Of a DNA stretch of 64,000 bases, positions 38,843-46,705 are shown one piece after another. How positions within the stretch are numbered: position 1 is the first letter of the stretch; each line of letters opens with the position of its first letter. The stretch is from a virus: IMG/VR virus record IMGVR_UViG_3300032322_001107, positions 1-64,000 of that record, one strand, 5' to 3'. The notes below the pieces were generated by a model. That model saw only the letters and a program-made list of their open reading frames with translations. It was not told where the DNA came from and did no database searches. The position numbers were made by a program, and so were the translations under genes.

Positions 38843-38884
38843 AAAATAAATAGGGAGGAGGCTAATTGCCCCCTCCCTTTGTTT
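38843..38884. terminator. Probably bidirectional intrinsic terminator
   Basis: GGGAGGAGGC-TAATT-GCCCCCTCCC flanked by A-rich and T-rich tracts. Confidence 0.65.
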
Positions 38885-38904
38885 CTGTAGTTTGAACCCG
38901 TTGT

Positions 38905-39045
38905 CTACAGAAAGAGATACGCAAACCAGCGGCACAACCCGAAACAGTTGGGTTTATCCTGCTTCGTTTTGAGTCGCGGGGCGTAGCCAATCCCCCCATA
39001 AGGGCCGTAGACAATACCGAATTCATTAGTGTAGTAGTTATTCAA
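38905..39045 (-). CDS. 46-aa peptide with a very strong Shine-Dalgarno
   Basis: AGAAAGGAGGTG lies 8 nt before a TTG start. Product is MNNYYTNEFGIVYGPYGGIGYAPRLKTKQDKPNCFGLCRWFAYLFL. Confidence 0.5.
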   Translation of the reverse strand: MNNYYTNEFGIVYGPYGGIGYAPRLKTKQDKPNCFGLCRWFAYLFL

Positions 39046-39084
39046 TTCCTTTCCACCTCCTTTCTGTAAAAGAACGAAGCTGGA

Positions 39085-39113
39085 ATTATGCCAGAATTAC
39101 TTGGTTCCGTAAA
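39085..39113 (-). promoter_or_regulatory. Sigma70-like promoter (extended -10)
   Basis: TTTACG-17 bp-CATAAT with TG upstream of the -10. Confidence 0.55.
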
Positions 39114-39255
39114 GCGTTACCCAAAGCAATCCCCATTGGGAGAAACAATATCCTCCCCAGACAACTGACAGGGCGTAGTTTCCGCGCACAGCTTGCTCTA
39201 GAGAGACAATACCATAGCAGATACCTACCGCCCCAATCAGCCAGATGCTAGTCAT
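39097..39255 (-). CDS. Small membrane protein (52 aa)
   Basis: MTSIWLIGAVGICYGIVSLEQAVRGNYALSVVWGGYCFSQWGLLWVTLYGTK, with an ATGA overlap. Confidence 0.55.
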   Translation of the reverse strand: MTSIWLIGAVGICYGIVSLEQAVRGNYALSVVWGGYCFSQWGLLWVTLYGTK

Positions 39256-39503
39256 TCAGAAGACTCTTCTTTGACTTCTTCTTGTTTCGTCGTGGTGGAT
39301 TCCTTGAGAGACTTGAGGACTTCTTCCATGCCATCATAGGTAAGAAGAACGTCCACAGGATCAGAGTCTTTGCGCTCTCCTTGGATCATCACGATGTTAT
39401 CGGTGCCGCCGTTAAGCAGTGTGTAGTCCTTGGCCACATAGGCGCTGTTCACGCGATTAGTAAGCACTTCGGACGGGTCTTGTTGTTTGGTTTCTTCACT
39501 CAT
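39252..39503 (-). CDS. Acidic hypothetical protein
   Basis: 83-aa coupled ORF. Confidence 0.6.
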   Translation of the reverse strand: MSEETKQQDPSEVLTNRVNSAYVAKDYTLLNGGTDNIVMIQGERKDSDPVDVLLTYDGMEEVLKSLKESTTTKQEEVKEESSE

Positions 39504-39721
39504 AGATTTATTTGGTAGTCTTCGCTGAATCGGACGAATAGATTTCCGTCCATGTACATATGGTCGAGGTGGACTGGCTCTTTGTCAACCCGCCAAAGAA
39601 ACATTGCCTTTCCTTCTCCGACTCGTTCGGTTGTGATGTAGCCTTCGTAGTCATGTTCAAACTGCGAACACTCTTTCCAGCCACTGACCATTTCAAAGAC
39701 TTTGGATAGTCCTTCGCTCAT
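39500..39721 (-). CDS. Hypothetical protein
   Basis: ATG 39721 lies downstream of a TTGACA promoter element. Confidence 0.55.
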   Translation of the reverse strand: MSEGLSKVFEMVSGWKECSQFEHDYEGYITTERVGEGKAMFLWRVDKEPVHLDHMYMDGNLFVRFSEDYQINL

Positions 39722-39755
39722 AATTTGGTTAATAGAGACGAGGATTCGGGGGATG

Positions 39756-40205
39756 TCAAGAGAAAATAACGCGAACCTCAGCTTCGTCAAACATCTGGAG
39801 AGCGGCTTTGAAGGAGTCGGCCCAACGCTCGTAGCTATCAAGATGGGCGTTGAATGGGCAATACACATCTTTAATTCCAGACTGAATAATAGACGCCGCA
39901 CAATGGGCACATGGCTGGAATGGCCAGACAAAGAGAGAGTAGCCTTTAAGTGGTTCTTTAGCAGACAAGATGGCGTTCATCTCGGCGTGGATTGTGTAGA
40001 GAAGTTTGATGTCCCGATTTACAATCCGCTCATGGCAATCCTCTACTCCTCTAGGAAATCCATTGAATCCCACAGATGCTATGGTTCGGTCTGGTCGGAC
40101 GATGACCGCGCCCACTCTGCTGCTGGAATCTTTGCTCCATGTGGAGACTTCTTCAGCTAACTTGATAAACCGCGCAACCCACTTGTCTTCAATTGTTTTC
40201 ATCAA
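39756..40205 (-). CDS. dCMP deaminase
   Basis: HAEMNA and PCAHC zinc-deaminase motifs, plus SKD...VGAVIV...GFNGFPRG. Confidence 0.92.
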   Translation of the reverse strand: MMKTIEDKWVARFIKLAEEVSTWSKDSSSRVGAVIVRPDRTIASVGFNGFPRGVEDCHERIVNRDIKLLYTIHAEMNAILSAKEPLKGYSLFVWPFQPCAHCAASIIQSGIKDVYCPFNAHLDSYERWADSFKAALQMFDEAEVRVIFS

Positions 40206-40452
40206 CTTGGAATCCTTTGCTTTCTAGCTTCTTAACCATAGAAGAAATCATAGTGGACTTGAGCTTGCGTTCGTAAGCTTCTTTACTTCTCCACATCTTA
40301 ACTTCCGAAATTAGTAGATCAATTGAGATAATCGGGCTTTCTCCCTCAAAGGTCTGATATTCAGCAAGTAGTTGCTTGATTTCATCAATCTGCGAGCAGG
40401 AAGGGCACGGTATGTAGTCTTTTCCATTACTTCCGTTGAGTAGGTCAATCAT
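40189..40452 (-). CDS. Hypothetical protein (CxxC)
   Basis: 87-aa coupled ORF. Confidence 0.55.
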   Translation of the reverse strand: MIDLLNGSNGKDYIPCPSCSQIDEIKQLLAEYQTFEGESPIISIDLLISEVKMWRSKEAYERKLKSTMISSMVKKLESKGFQVDENN

Positions 40453-41023
40453 AGTATGGATCTGTTAATTTGGCTGGGGGGAACAGCGCAGTCTTTAGGG
40501 GGATGATTTTTTCGGGCATCAGGCTCCAGATGCGGGTGGTTTCGTAGCTCTTCTTGCACCACTTGCGATTGTTGAACATCCAGTGATAGCCCAAGATGTA
40601 GGCGTTAGCCATCTGGGCATAGCGTTTAAGATCTACGGGTAGTTTATTGCGGGCAAGCTTCCGCACAGACCTTTTCTCGCAATCCCACTCCAGTTCAACA
40701 ACGAGTCGGATATACTTATCCACATATTCTACTTTTTTGCCAGCAAGCCATTCATCCAACTTTCCAAGGGCGTCCTCCCTGACATCGTGCCACTTGGGTC
40801 TTTGGAGTTGCTGGTCTAGGTGACAGGTCTCATGGACAAAGACATCAAGCCATGTAGATAGCGGGCGTTTGGTGGCTATGCGTAACTCTTTGTCATCCGC
40901 CCACCCTACAGAGGTGGCTTTGCCCGTGATGAGGTATTTCTGGGGAACAAACGAAAGTTTGAACTGGCGGTATTTAAGGATGGCCCGCCCTAGAAAGTTG
41001 ATTGTCGCCTGATCCATCGTCAC
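40445..41023 (-). CDS. Putative zincin metallopeptidase
   Basis: VFVHETCH (HExxH) with a downstream ELEWDCE motif. Confidence 0.6.
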   Translation of the reverse strand: MTMDQATINFLGRAILKYRQFKLSFVPQKYLITGKATSVGWADDKELRIATKRPLSTWLDVFVHETCHLDQQLQRPKWHDVREDALGKLDEWLAGKKVEYVDKYIRLVVELEWDCEKRSVRKLARNKLPVDLKRYAQMANAYILGYHWMFNNRKWCKKSYETTRIWSLMPEKIIPLKTALFPPAKLTDPYYD

Positions 41024-41208
41024 TCTTCTTCGACATCGGTTTCATCAATTTGTTCAAATAGCTTTCTGATAGGATTGTCGCAAAAGCCTTCTTCTTGTTC
41101 TGGAAATGGCATCAGAACCCCCGTGTCATCGTAGGCGACTTTTAGATCAGCATCGAATTGGCTCTGGTTCATTTGCCCTATACTACTGGCTTCTGTCCCA
41201 AACTTCAA
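41020..41208 (-). CDS. Acidic hypothetical protein
   Basis: Small ORF; start uncertain. Confidence 0.4.
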   Translation of the reverse strand: MKFGTEASSIGQMNQSQFDADLKVAYDDTGVLMPFPEQEEGFCDNPIRKLFEQIDETDVEEE

Positions 41209-41575
41209 TTATGGTTTTCTCTTCTTCGCCTTTTTTCGCTTTCCTTTGCGTGACTTTGAGTTCGATCTGGTCTTCTGTATCGTCAGGGATTGCCCCGCAG
41301 TAGCGTAAAAAATCGCAATAAAATTTCGCACCACCATAGAGATTGTCGGTGTCGAGGAGTCGATTTTTTCGGACGCTTTCAATGCAGACAAGCAGGCGGC
41401 TTGGATCTCCTTCTTTTCCCTCAACCTCTGAAAGTGGTTCATCGAAAAGAGGCGGTTGAGTGACGGCAGGCGGTGCCTTACGTTTAGTCTTAGCACTAGC
41501 CTTTTGTTTGATGATGTCTCTTCGTTCATAGACTCCTTTACTTACTTCCACATAGCCCGCTGGTAGTTCCTTCAT
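41183..41575 (-). CDS. rusA: RusA-like Holliday junction resolvase (catalytic part)
   Basis: RLLDTDNLYGGAKFYCDFLRYCGAIPDD matches the RusA DxDN...K...D...DD motif. Confidence 0.75.
   Translation of the reverse strand: MKELPAGYVEVSKGVYERRDIIKQKASAKTKRKAPPAVTQPPLFDEPLSEVEGKEGDPSRLLVCIESVRKNRLLDTDNLYGGAKFYCDFLRYCGAIPDDTEDQIELKVTQRKAKKGEEEKTIIEVWDRSQ
41209..41529 (-). CDS. Overlapping alternative-frame ORF with a RusA-like N-terminal motif
   Basis: LVLRLNVRHRLPSLNRLFSMNHFQRLREKKEIQ, with AAGGAG just upstream of its ATG. Confidence 0.5.
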   Translation of the reverse strand: MNEETSSNKRLVLRLNVRHRLPSLNRLFSMNHFQRLREKKEIQAACLSALKASEKIDSSTPTISMVVRNFIAIFYATAGQSLTIQKTRSNSKSRKGKRKKAKKRKP

Positions 41576-41751
41576 TGCTCAAGCAATACTTCCTCTTTAA
41601 GCTTTTCGGCTTCGGGGTCGGGGGCGATGCACATCATCAGTGCTTGGCGGGCTTTTTCCAGTTGTCTTTCTTTTAGTTCCAGTAACGCCTCCATAGTCAT
41701 CATTGGAGCCTCTTGTTTGAGATAGGCTGGATAAATTCGTCCCACTGTCAT
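41572..41751 (-). CDS. Small coiled-coil protein (59 aa, absent from ORF track)
   Basis: MTVGRIYPAYLKQE...LLEQ, with ATGA overlaps at both ends. Confidence 0.55.
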   Translation of the reverse strand: MTVGRIYPAYLKQEAPMMTMEALLELKERQLEKARQALMMCIAPDPEAEKLKEEVLLEQ

Positions 41752-42077
41752 TTGATGATTCCTTCTTCACGGGCAATGGCCTCAATCTGACTCACATACT
41801 CGCGGGTACAATTGAATTGTTCGGCAACGGCAGTAAAGTTCATTTCGGGATTGGCCATGAGATGGCCCAACACCTTGAACGCCCTTCCCCCGTTGGACAG
41901 ACGCCTCTTGGTGGTTTTCTTCCGCCTCGCCCGAATGCCAGTCCGCTTCAACGCCGAAGCCATGGCATGGTAGCTTGATCCGTGTTTTACGGCCAGTTCG
42001 CCAATGGTGATTTCGGGGTTTTCTTGAATTTCAGTAGGTAGAATGGTTGTATCGATCATATGATTATATATTGACAC
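41748..42077 (-). CDS. Tandem HTH DNA-binding protein
   Basis: TIGELAVKHGSS and NFTAVAEQFNCTREYVSQI. Confidence 0.65.
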   Translation of the reverse strand: MSIYNHMIDTTILPTEIQENPEITIGELAVKHGSSYHAMASALKRTGIRARRKKTTKRRLSNGGRAFKVLGHLMANPEMNFTAVAEQFNCTREYVSQIEAIAREEGIIK

Positions 42078-42111
42078 TTAAACCTAGCTGTTGTTCAATA
42101 TACGTCAAATA

Positions 42112-42642
42112 TTATCGGCGCTTCTTTTGGGCGCGGATATTCTTTCCAGCCAAGGCTTGCTGGTAAGCTTCTTCGGTAATGACTCGGCCTCGGAGCTTAA
42201 ATACCCAATTACGTTGGCGCGTAAAACTCCAACTTAGTCCCAAGGCTTTGAGGGTTGCCGCTGTCATTCCACCTTTAATTTTGAGGCTTTCAATAATCTT
42301 GGAGTCAATAACTCTGGTAGATGTAAGCTTGTCCCGCCTGTTTGGCTCCACGGGATCAACCATGGGTTCGGGCTTTGGTCTGGAAATCTTCCGTTGAAAC
42401 TTGCGGGACTCCTCGCGTTCCACAGCGTGGAAGTTCTTGTGGCACTTTTTACAGAGACAAATCAAGTCATCAAGGTGGTTTAGCTCATCTCCCTTATGCT
42501 CGTAAGTTCGATGGTGTGCCTGCAAATCTAGGGGGCTGTTACAGAGTTGACAGCGGAATCCTGCTCGCTTTTTGACGGCCCTACTCACCTCTCGCCAGTA
42601 AGGAGTTGTAAGGTAGGCTTGGTATTGAAATTTCGTTATCAT
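42112..42642 (-). CDS. HNH endonuclease
   Basis: CQLC...LQAHH...LICLCKKCH. Confidence 0.85.
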   Translation of the reverse strand: MITKFQYQAYLTTPYWREVSRAVKKRAGFRCQLCNSPLDLQAHHRTYEHKGDELNHLDDLICLCKKCHKNFHAVEREESRKFQRKISRPKPEPMVDPVEPNRRDKLTSTRVIDSKIIESLKIKGGMTAATLKALGLSWSFTRQRNWVFKLRGRVITEEAYQQALAGKNIRAQKKRR

Positions 42643-42711
42643 CGCGGAACCCTTGCGCTGCGCGGCTTATCGGTTCGGTCAGTAACTGGATTATTTCGAG
42701 ATTTCATCCGA

Positions 42712-43233
42712 TTACCACAATCCCCGAATTTCTCCCTGATACTCTTCCTCGTCCCCATAACCTGATACAATATTCTCATCATATATTGTATTCTGTATAT
42801 TGGTATTCTCTGATATTGGTGTTATAATGTGGTCGAAGTTTCCCGTGGACGGAATTTCCCGTGCGCTAGAAACCTTGACCACGGAAAGAGGGGAACGCCA
42901 ATTTGTGCGATTGCTACGCTGATCTTCCGCAACTGGTGCATCATAAAATGTCCAAGTATTGCAGAATCCTCCCTTACCCCCGCCAGAAAGCTCATACTTT
43001 ACATAGCCAAGACTTTCCAATTCCCGAAAGTAGGTCTTGACCCTGTTGGCCCCGTCTGTGGTGTTGTTTACAAAGTAAGCCCGATTTGCCACCCACTCAT
43101 CGGCGTTGGATAGCACCATAGCCAGCAAACCTCTCGCCCCAAATGACAACTTCTTATCTCTTACGAGATCGTTTGATAGCTGGACAAATCCGCCCCTAGT
43201 TACCCGCTTATAGACTGTTTGATTCTTTTTCAT
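42712..43233 (-). CDS. Replication initiator-like winged-HTH protein
   Basis: FVQLSNDLVRDKKLSFGARGLL...ELESLGYV is typical of phage replisome organisers. Confidence 0.7.
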   Translation of the reverse strand: MKKNQTVYKRVTRGGFVQLSNDLVRDKKLSFGARGLLAMVLSNADEWVANRAYFVNNTTDGANRVKTYFRELESLGYVKYELSGGGKGGFCNTWTFYDAPVAEDQRSNRTNWRSPLSVVKVSSAREIPSTGNFDHIITPISENTNIQNTIYDENIVSGYGDEEEYQGEIRGLW

Positions 43234-43248
43234 AGCAATAAATAAAAT

Positions 43249-43395
43249 TGCCACTCAAATGACGGGGCGTGGGATGATTGAGAACCCGACAATGAAACAA
43301 GCAAGTTACTCCCTCACCCCGCCACTTGAATGGCAGATTAATATTTATTGTTATTTCTTGTTTCATACTCAATCGTCTGGGTTCTCACGTCAGAC
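43249..43395 (-). ncRNA. C4/CI-like antisense RNA element with upstream target boxes
   Basis: Long imperfect stem at 43249-43335. Its loop is complementary to two upstream boxes of 9 and 10 nt. Confidence 0.5.
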
Positions 43396-43588
43396 TGTTG
43401 TAACTTCTCACAAAGGGTCAGACATGGCAAGTTCAAAAACGCTCAAAAAAACATTGAACGCCCCGAAGGGGCCATGGTCTATGTCTATATGAATACTTTT
43501 GGAGGCGGGGAGACTCGGCATGAAAATGCGAAGGCTTCAAAGATCGGGGGGTCAATGAAGTTGCGCCACCCCGTTTCCAATCTCTTTT

Positions 43589-43942
43589 ATGAACAGACAA
43601 GAAGCAATACAACTACAGATCGATGAAATCATGGATAGTTTTGACTTCCAATCAGCCATGAGGGTATTGGAGGTCTACAAGTCCATGGAGCGGGGTTATC
43701 CCAAAGACTGGTTCCTAGACGATGAGCCGTTTGAGCCTGCTATTCGGGCAGCAGCCCGCGAGTGCATGAAGGCGGCGGTCAAGCATAGTTATGCTGGTCA
43801 TAGCTATTTTGAGTCCCGCTTTGAAGAGGGAGAAGACGATGACGGCCCATGGGTCAGGATTTTCTTCAACTTCGGAGATCATAGCCACAATGACGGAGTA
43901 TCTTATGAAAAAACTGCTACTACTACCACTGTTACTGAGTAA
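43589..43942 (+). CDS. Hypothetical phage protein
   Basis: Contains IDEIMDSFDF; 117 aa. Confidence 0.6.
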   Translation: MNRQEAIQLQIDEIMDSFDFQSAMRVLEVYKSMERGYPKDWFLDDEPFEPAIRAAARECMKAAVKHSYAGHSYFESRFEEGEDDDGPWVRIFFNFGDHSHNDGVSYEKTATTTTVTE

Positions 43943-44186
43943 TACCCTTGCCCAAGATGGATCGTTTAATGGAACGGTTTATGACTTGGATTCGGGGCGG
44001 ATACAGGTCATTAGTGGGTCTGTGGATATCAAGCCAAAGGAGGATACATATCTTTCTACCCTTCGTCGCATCAATGCGGAGTTGGCGGAATCAAACGCTC
44101 GTATGAGTGCGGAGATTACAGCCAACAATCAACTTTATGAACTGCGCGAGCAGACAAGGCTCCTGCGTAAAATTGCCGACCAATGA
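43905..44186 (+). CDS. Signal-peptide protein with coiled-coil C-terminus
   Basis: Begins MKKLLLLPLLLSNTLA-Q. Confidence 0.55.
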   Translation: MKKLLLLPLLLSNTLAQDGSFNGTVYDLDSGRIQVISGSVDIKPKEDTYLSTLRRINAELAESNARMSAEITANNQLYELREQTRLLRKIADQ

Positions 44187-44830
44187 GTAACTATCTCAAC
44201 GTCAATATCCCCACCTTCTTTGCTTTTGTAGATGAGGGATTCTTTTACGATCTTGAACCATGTGTCAGCAGGGAGAGACAACTAGTCGAGGTATTTGCCT
44301 TCACCTCCATCCCCCAACGGTGTGGGTTGTTTAGCGTGATGACAGAATACGGAAGCCAGCATGCCCGTGTCCCGATCCATTACCTTCATACTGATGAGAC
44401 TGGAGGCACATCTTACCCCTTGGACTGGATACAACTCTGGGACTCCATGAGCTACTATTGTAGTGTTACGATGCATGATTATTGCAAAAACCGTGCAGCA
44501 AACATCATGTTGAAGAACAAAATCTTTGAAAAAGGGAAATACATGTTCACGCTGGACTGGTGTTTCGGCCCCCACTATACCTCTGGCTACGGCGAGATGG
44601 CGGCTGGGCATAAGTGCGGTCATGTGTTTGCGGGCGATGGGCAATACTTTATCCAGCCCAACAATCGTGTGCTGTGGATGGACGGGGGATCGTTCATTGC
44701 CAAGAAGTTTCCACAAAAGCCCGATTGGAAGGTATTTAGCCAAGAATTTAGCTGCGAAAGCACAGGAAGCCGCTGGGTTAGCGAAAGCGAGGAGGAGCTA
44801 TGGTTTTACGACTTCAAAGAGCAGGGATAG
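44183..44830 (+). CDS. Conserved aquatic-phage hypothetical protein
   Basis: YLNVNIP, QLWD, HKCGH and QPNNR motifs. Confidence 0.7.
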   Translation: MSNYLNVNIPTFFAFVDEGFFYDLEPCVSRERQLVEVFAFTSIPQRCGLFSVMTEYGSQHARVPIHYLHTDETGGTSYPLDWIQLWDSMSYYCSVTMHDYCKNRAANIMLKNKIFEKGKYMFTLDWCFGPHYTSGYGEMAAGHKCGHVFAGDGQYFIQPNNRVLWMDGGSFIAKKFPQKPDWKVFSQEFSCESTGSRWVSESEEELWFYDFKEQG

Positions 44831-45090
44831 TAATTGCACTACTTATTACAAGTGGTTGTGTTTCCTATCCACCCCGCCCCTATCCTTGGAACTTCCCCCC
44901 AGAGCATGAGTGGAACGCTCCCTTGGAGACTAGCTGGGTTAATGCCATTGATACCTTCCGCAACTGGACGGCACCGAAAGGTAAGATTTGGAACCCGCTT
45001 ATTCGGGAGTATGAGCCTGACTTTGGCTATGAGATTGAGCTTCTGAAGGCTTTTCCGCCAGATACTGAGGAACATGAACTGTATCAATAA
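44800..45090 (+). CDS. Putative lipoprotein
   Basis: Hydrophobic IVIALLI followed by a TSG-C lipobox and a Pro-rich mature part. Confidence 0.5.
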   Translation: MVLRLQRAGIVIALLITSGCVSYPPRPYPWNFPPEHEWNAPLETSWVNAIDTFRNWTAPKGKIWNPLIREYEPDFGYEIELLKAFPPDTEEHELYQ

Positions 45091-45147
45091 TCCAACCTTG
45101 CTAACGGGCTTCGCGCCCGTTAGCGTGGCAAAAATCATGGCAGGCTA

Positions 45148-45726
45148 TTATGCGTATTTCCAAATTCTTCCCTTTGCCGTATTGCACCTTCCAGCAAGAA
45201 CATTAGATACGCCCTTTCCGTATTTTTTAATTGCAAAACTGGTTGATTCAAATTTTTCAATATTTCCATTTTCATCAATTCCAATTACTGGTTTCTTCGT
45301 TTTTTGATTTCTAGATTTTTCGATGAACAATCTTTTGACTTCTGCTGGATCTTTGGGGCGTGAATATCCATTCCGTCTAAAATATTCATTACAAGCATGG
45401 CAAATTCCCCTTCTTGATTGTCCGCGACACGGAGCGCCACAATTTTTACAATGAGTATTAACTGGTCTCAATTTTGTTTCGCTTTGTTGCTTTGGAGTTG
45501 CCCAGCGGCAATTTTTCTTTTCGTAGTTTCCGTTTGGGTCAATTCTGTCCAAAGATGTTCCAAATGGTCTTGGCCCCATATCCTTGTCAAAATTTTTAAA
45601 AATCCTCCATCGATCACAAACCTTAATGCCTCTTGCGCCATACCATTTCCAAGATTCTCTTTTTGGGTTTGTGCAGCGTTGTATCATTGCTGCCCAACAT
45701 GAATATGAAGATATTGTTTTAATCAT
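45148..45726 (-). mobile_element. Free-standing HNH-type homing endonuclease with NUMOD-like C-terminus
   Basis: WAAMIQRC...YGARGIKVCDRW...LDRIDPNGNYE...NCRWAT. AT-rich, with its own promoter TTGATT-17-TATTGT. Confidence 0.8.
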
Positions 45727-45764
45727 GTTGCCACAATACATCCTATTATGGCAGAAATCAAGAA

Positions 45765-46115
45765 CTATTTAATATTGTCTTCGTTTTCCTCTCCAAAAGT
45801 TATTTTATGAGAATCTATTATCCATCCACTTCTTCTAGCTTCTTTTGCATTTTTATGAATTTCGTTATGACACAATCGACAAAGCGCGGCAAAAAGACTG
45901 TAGTCACAAAGATAGCGACCAACCCTGCCCGCCTTATGATGGATATCTTGACTCTTCGCCTTCTTACATTTCTCGCATATGGGATGCAGTGCCAAGTAGG
46001 CTTTTTTTACCTTTGTATACTCATTGTATTCACGCTGGCGTTTGGGGGATGCGCTCCGCAACCTTCCGCTGCGCTTAAGTGGGGTTTTTGAACGAAGTGG
46101 AGTTTTTCTTGTCAT
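45765..46115 (-). CDS. Small HNH endonuclease
   Basis: CEKC...DIHHKAGR...LCRLCHNEIH. Confidence 0.8.
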   Translation of the reverse strand: MTRKTPLRSKTPLKRSGRLRSASPKRQREYNEYTKVKKAYLALHPICEKCKKAKSQDIHHKAGRVGRYLCDYSLFAALCRLCHNEIHKNAKEARRSGWIIDSHKITFGEENEDNIK

Positions 46116-46122
46116 ACCTACT

Positions 46123-46311
46123 ATGATCACTTGGAACGATTACAATAATACAAAGCCCGATGCAGAGGGAATCTACCTCATCAAAAACGATGAGTCAAAC
46201 CCTCCATTAAAGTGGGCCTGCCACTATCACCCCCACCATGGATGGAGCGGGATTGGACATATCCTTGAACGTGTGATTAAGTATTGGAGTCCATGGCCCG
46301 ATTCAAAGTAG
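46123..46311 (+). CDS. Small hypothetical protein (DUF551-like)
   Basis: W...KPDAEGIYL...IKYWSPWP. Confidence 0.55.
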   Translation: MITWNDYNNTKPDAEGIYLIKNDESNPPLKWACHYHPHHGWSGIGHILERVIKYWSPWPDSK

Positions 46312-46520
46312 TCTTAACCGTTATCAATGAGGACTCCGTTTCTCCATTCGTTGTCGGCCCAAGATTTCGTAGGGGGAGGCCCATGCCGATGGAAGCACTC
46401 CACACTGAACGTGGCGGTTACTTCTTCGACCCAGAATCAGAAATCGAGATGGCCAGAGATTGCGCTGAACAGTTTACCAAATACCTCAATCAAACAGAAA
46501 CCAAGAAAAAGAAAAAATGA
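46284..46520 (+). CDS. Hypothetical protein
   Basis: Coupled ORF. Confidence 0.5.
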   Translation: MESMARFKVVLTVINEDSVSPFVVGPRFRRGRPMPMEALHTERGGYFFDPESEIEMARDCAEQFTKYLNQTETKKKKK

Positions 46521-46705
46521 CTAAAGACAAAACATTCATTGTGTGCTACGGGGATAAAGTTGTGGAACTCCATGCCTCTGGACTAAGCAAGGAAGAAGCA
46601 ACCATTGAGTCTGAAAGGCTAACAGGCAAAGGATATAACAACGTTCGTATTCGCTTGGAAGATCCCGTCCACCCGACTTGGCCGCTCAACTTTGACGCAC
46701 AGTGA
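46517..46705 (+). CDS. Hypothetical protein
   Basis: Coupled ORF with ATGA/GTGA overlaps. Confidence 0.55.
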   Translation: MTKDKTFIVCYGDKVVELHASGLSKEEATIESERLTGKGYNNVRIRLEDPVHPTWPLNFDAQ

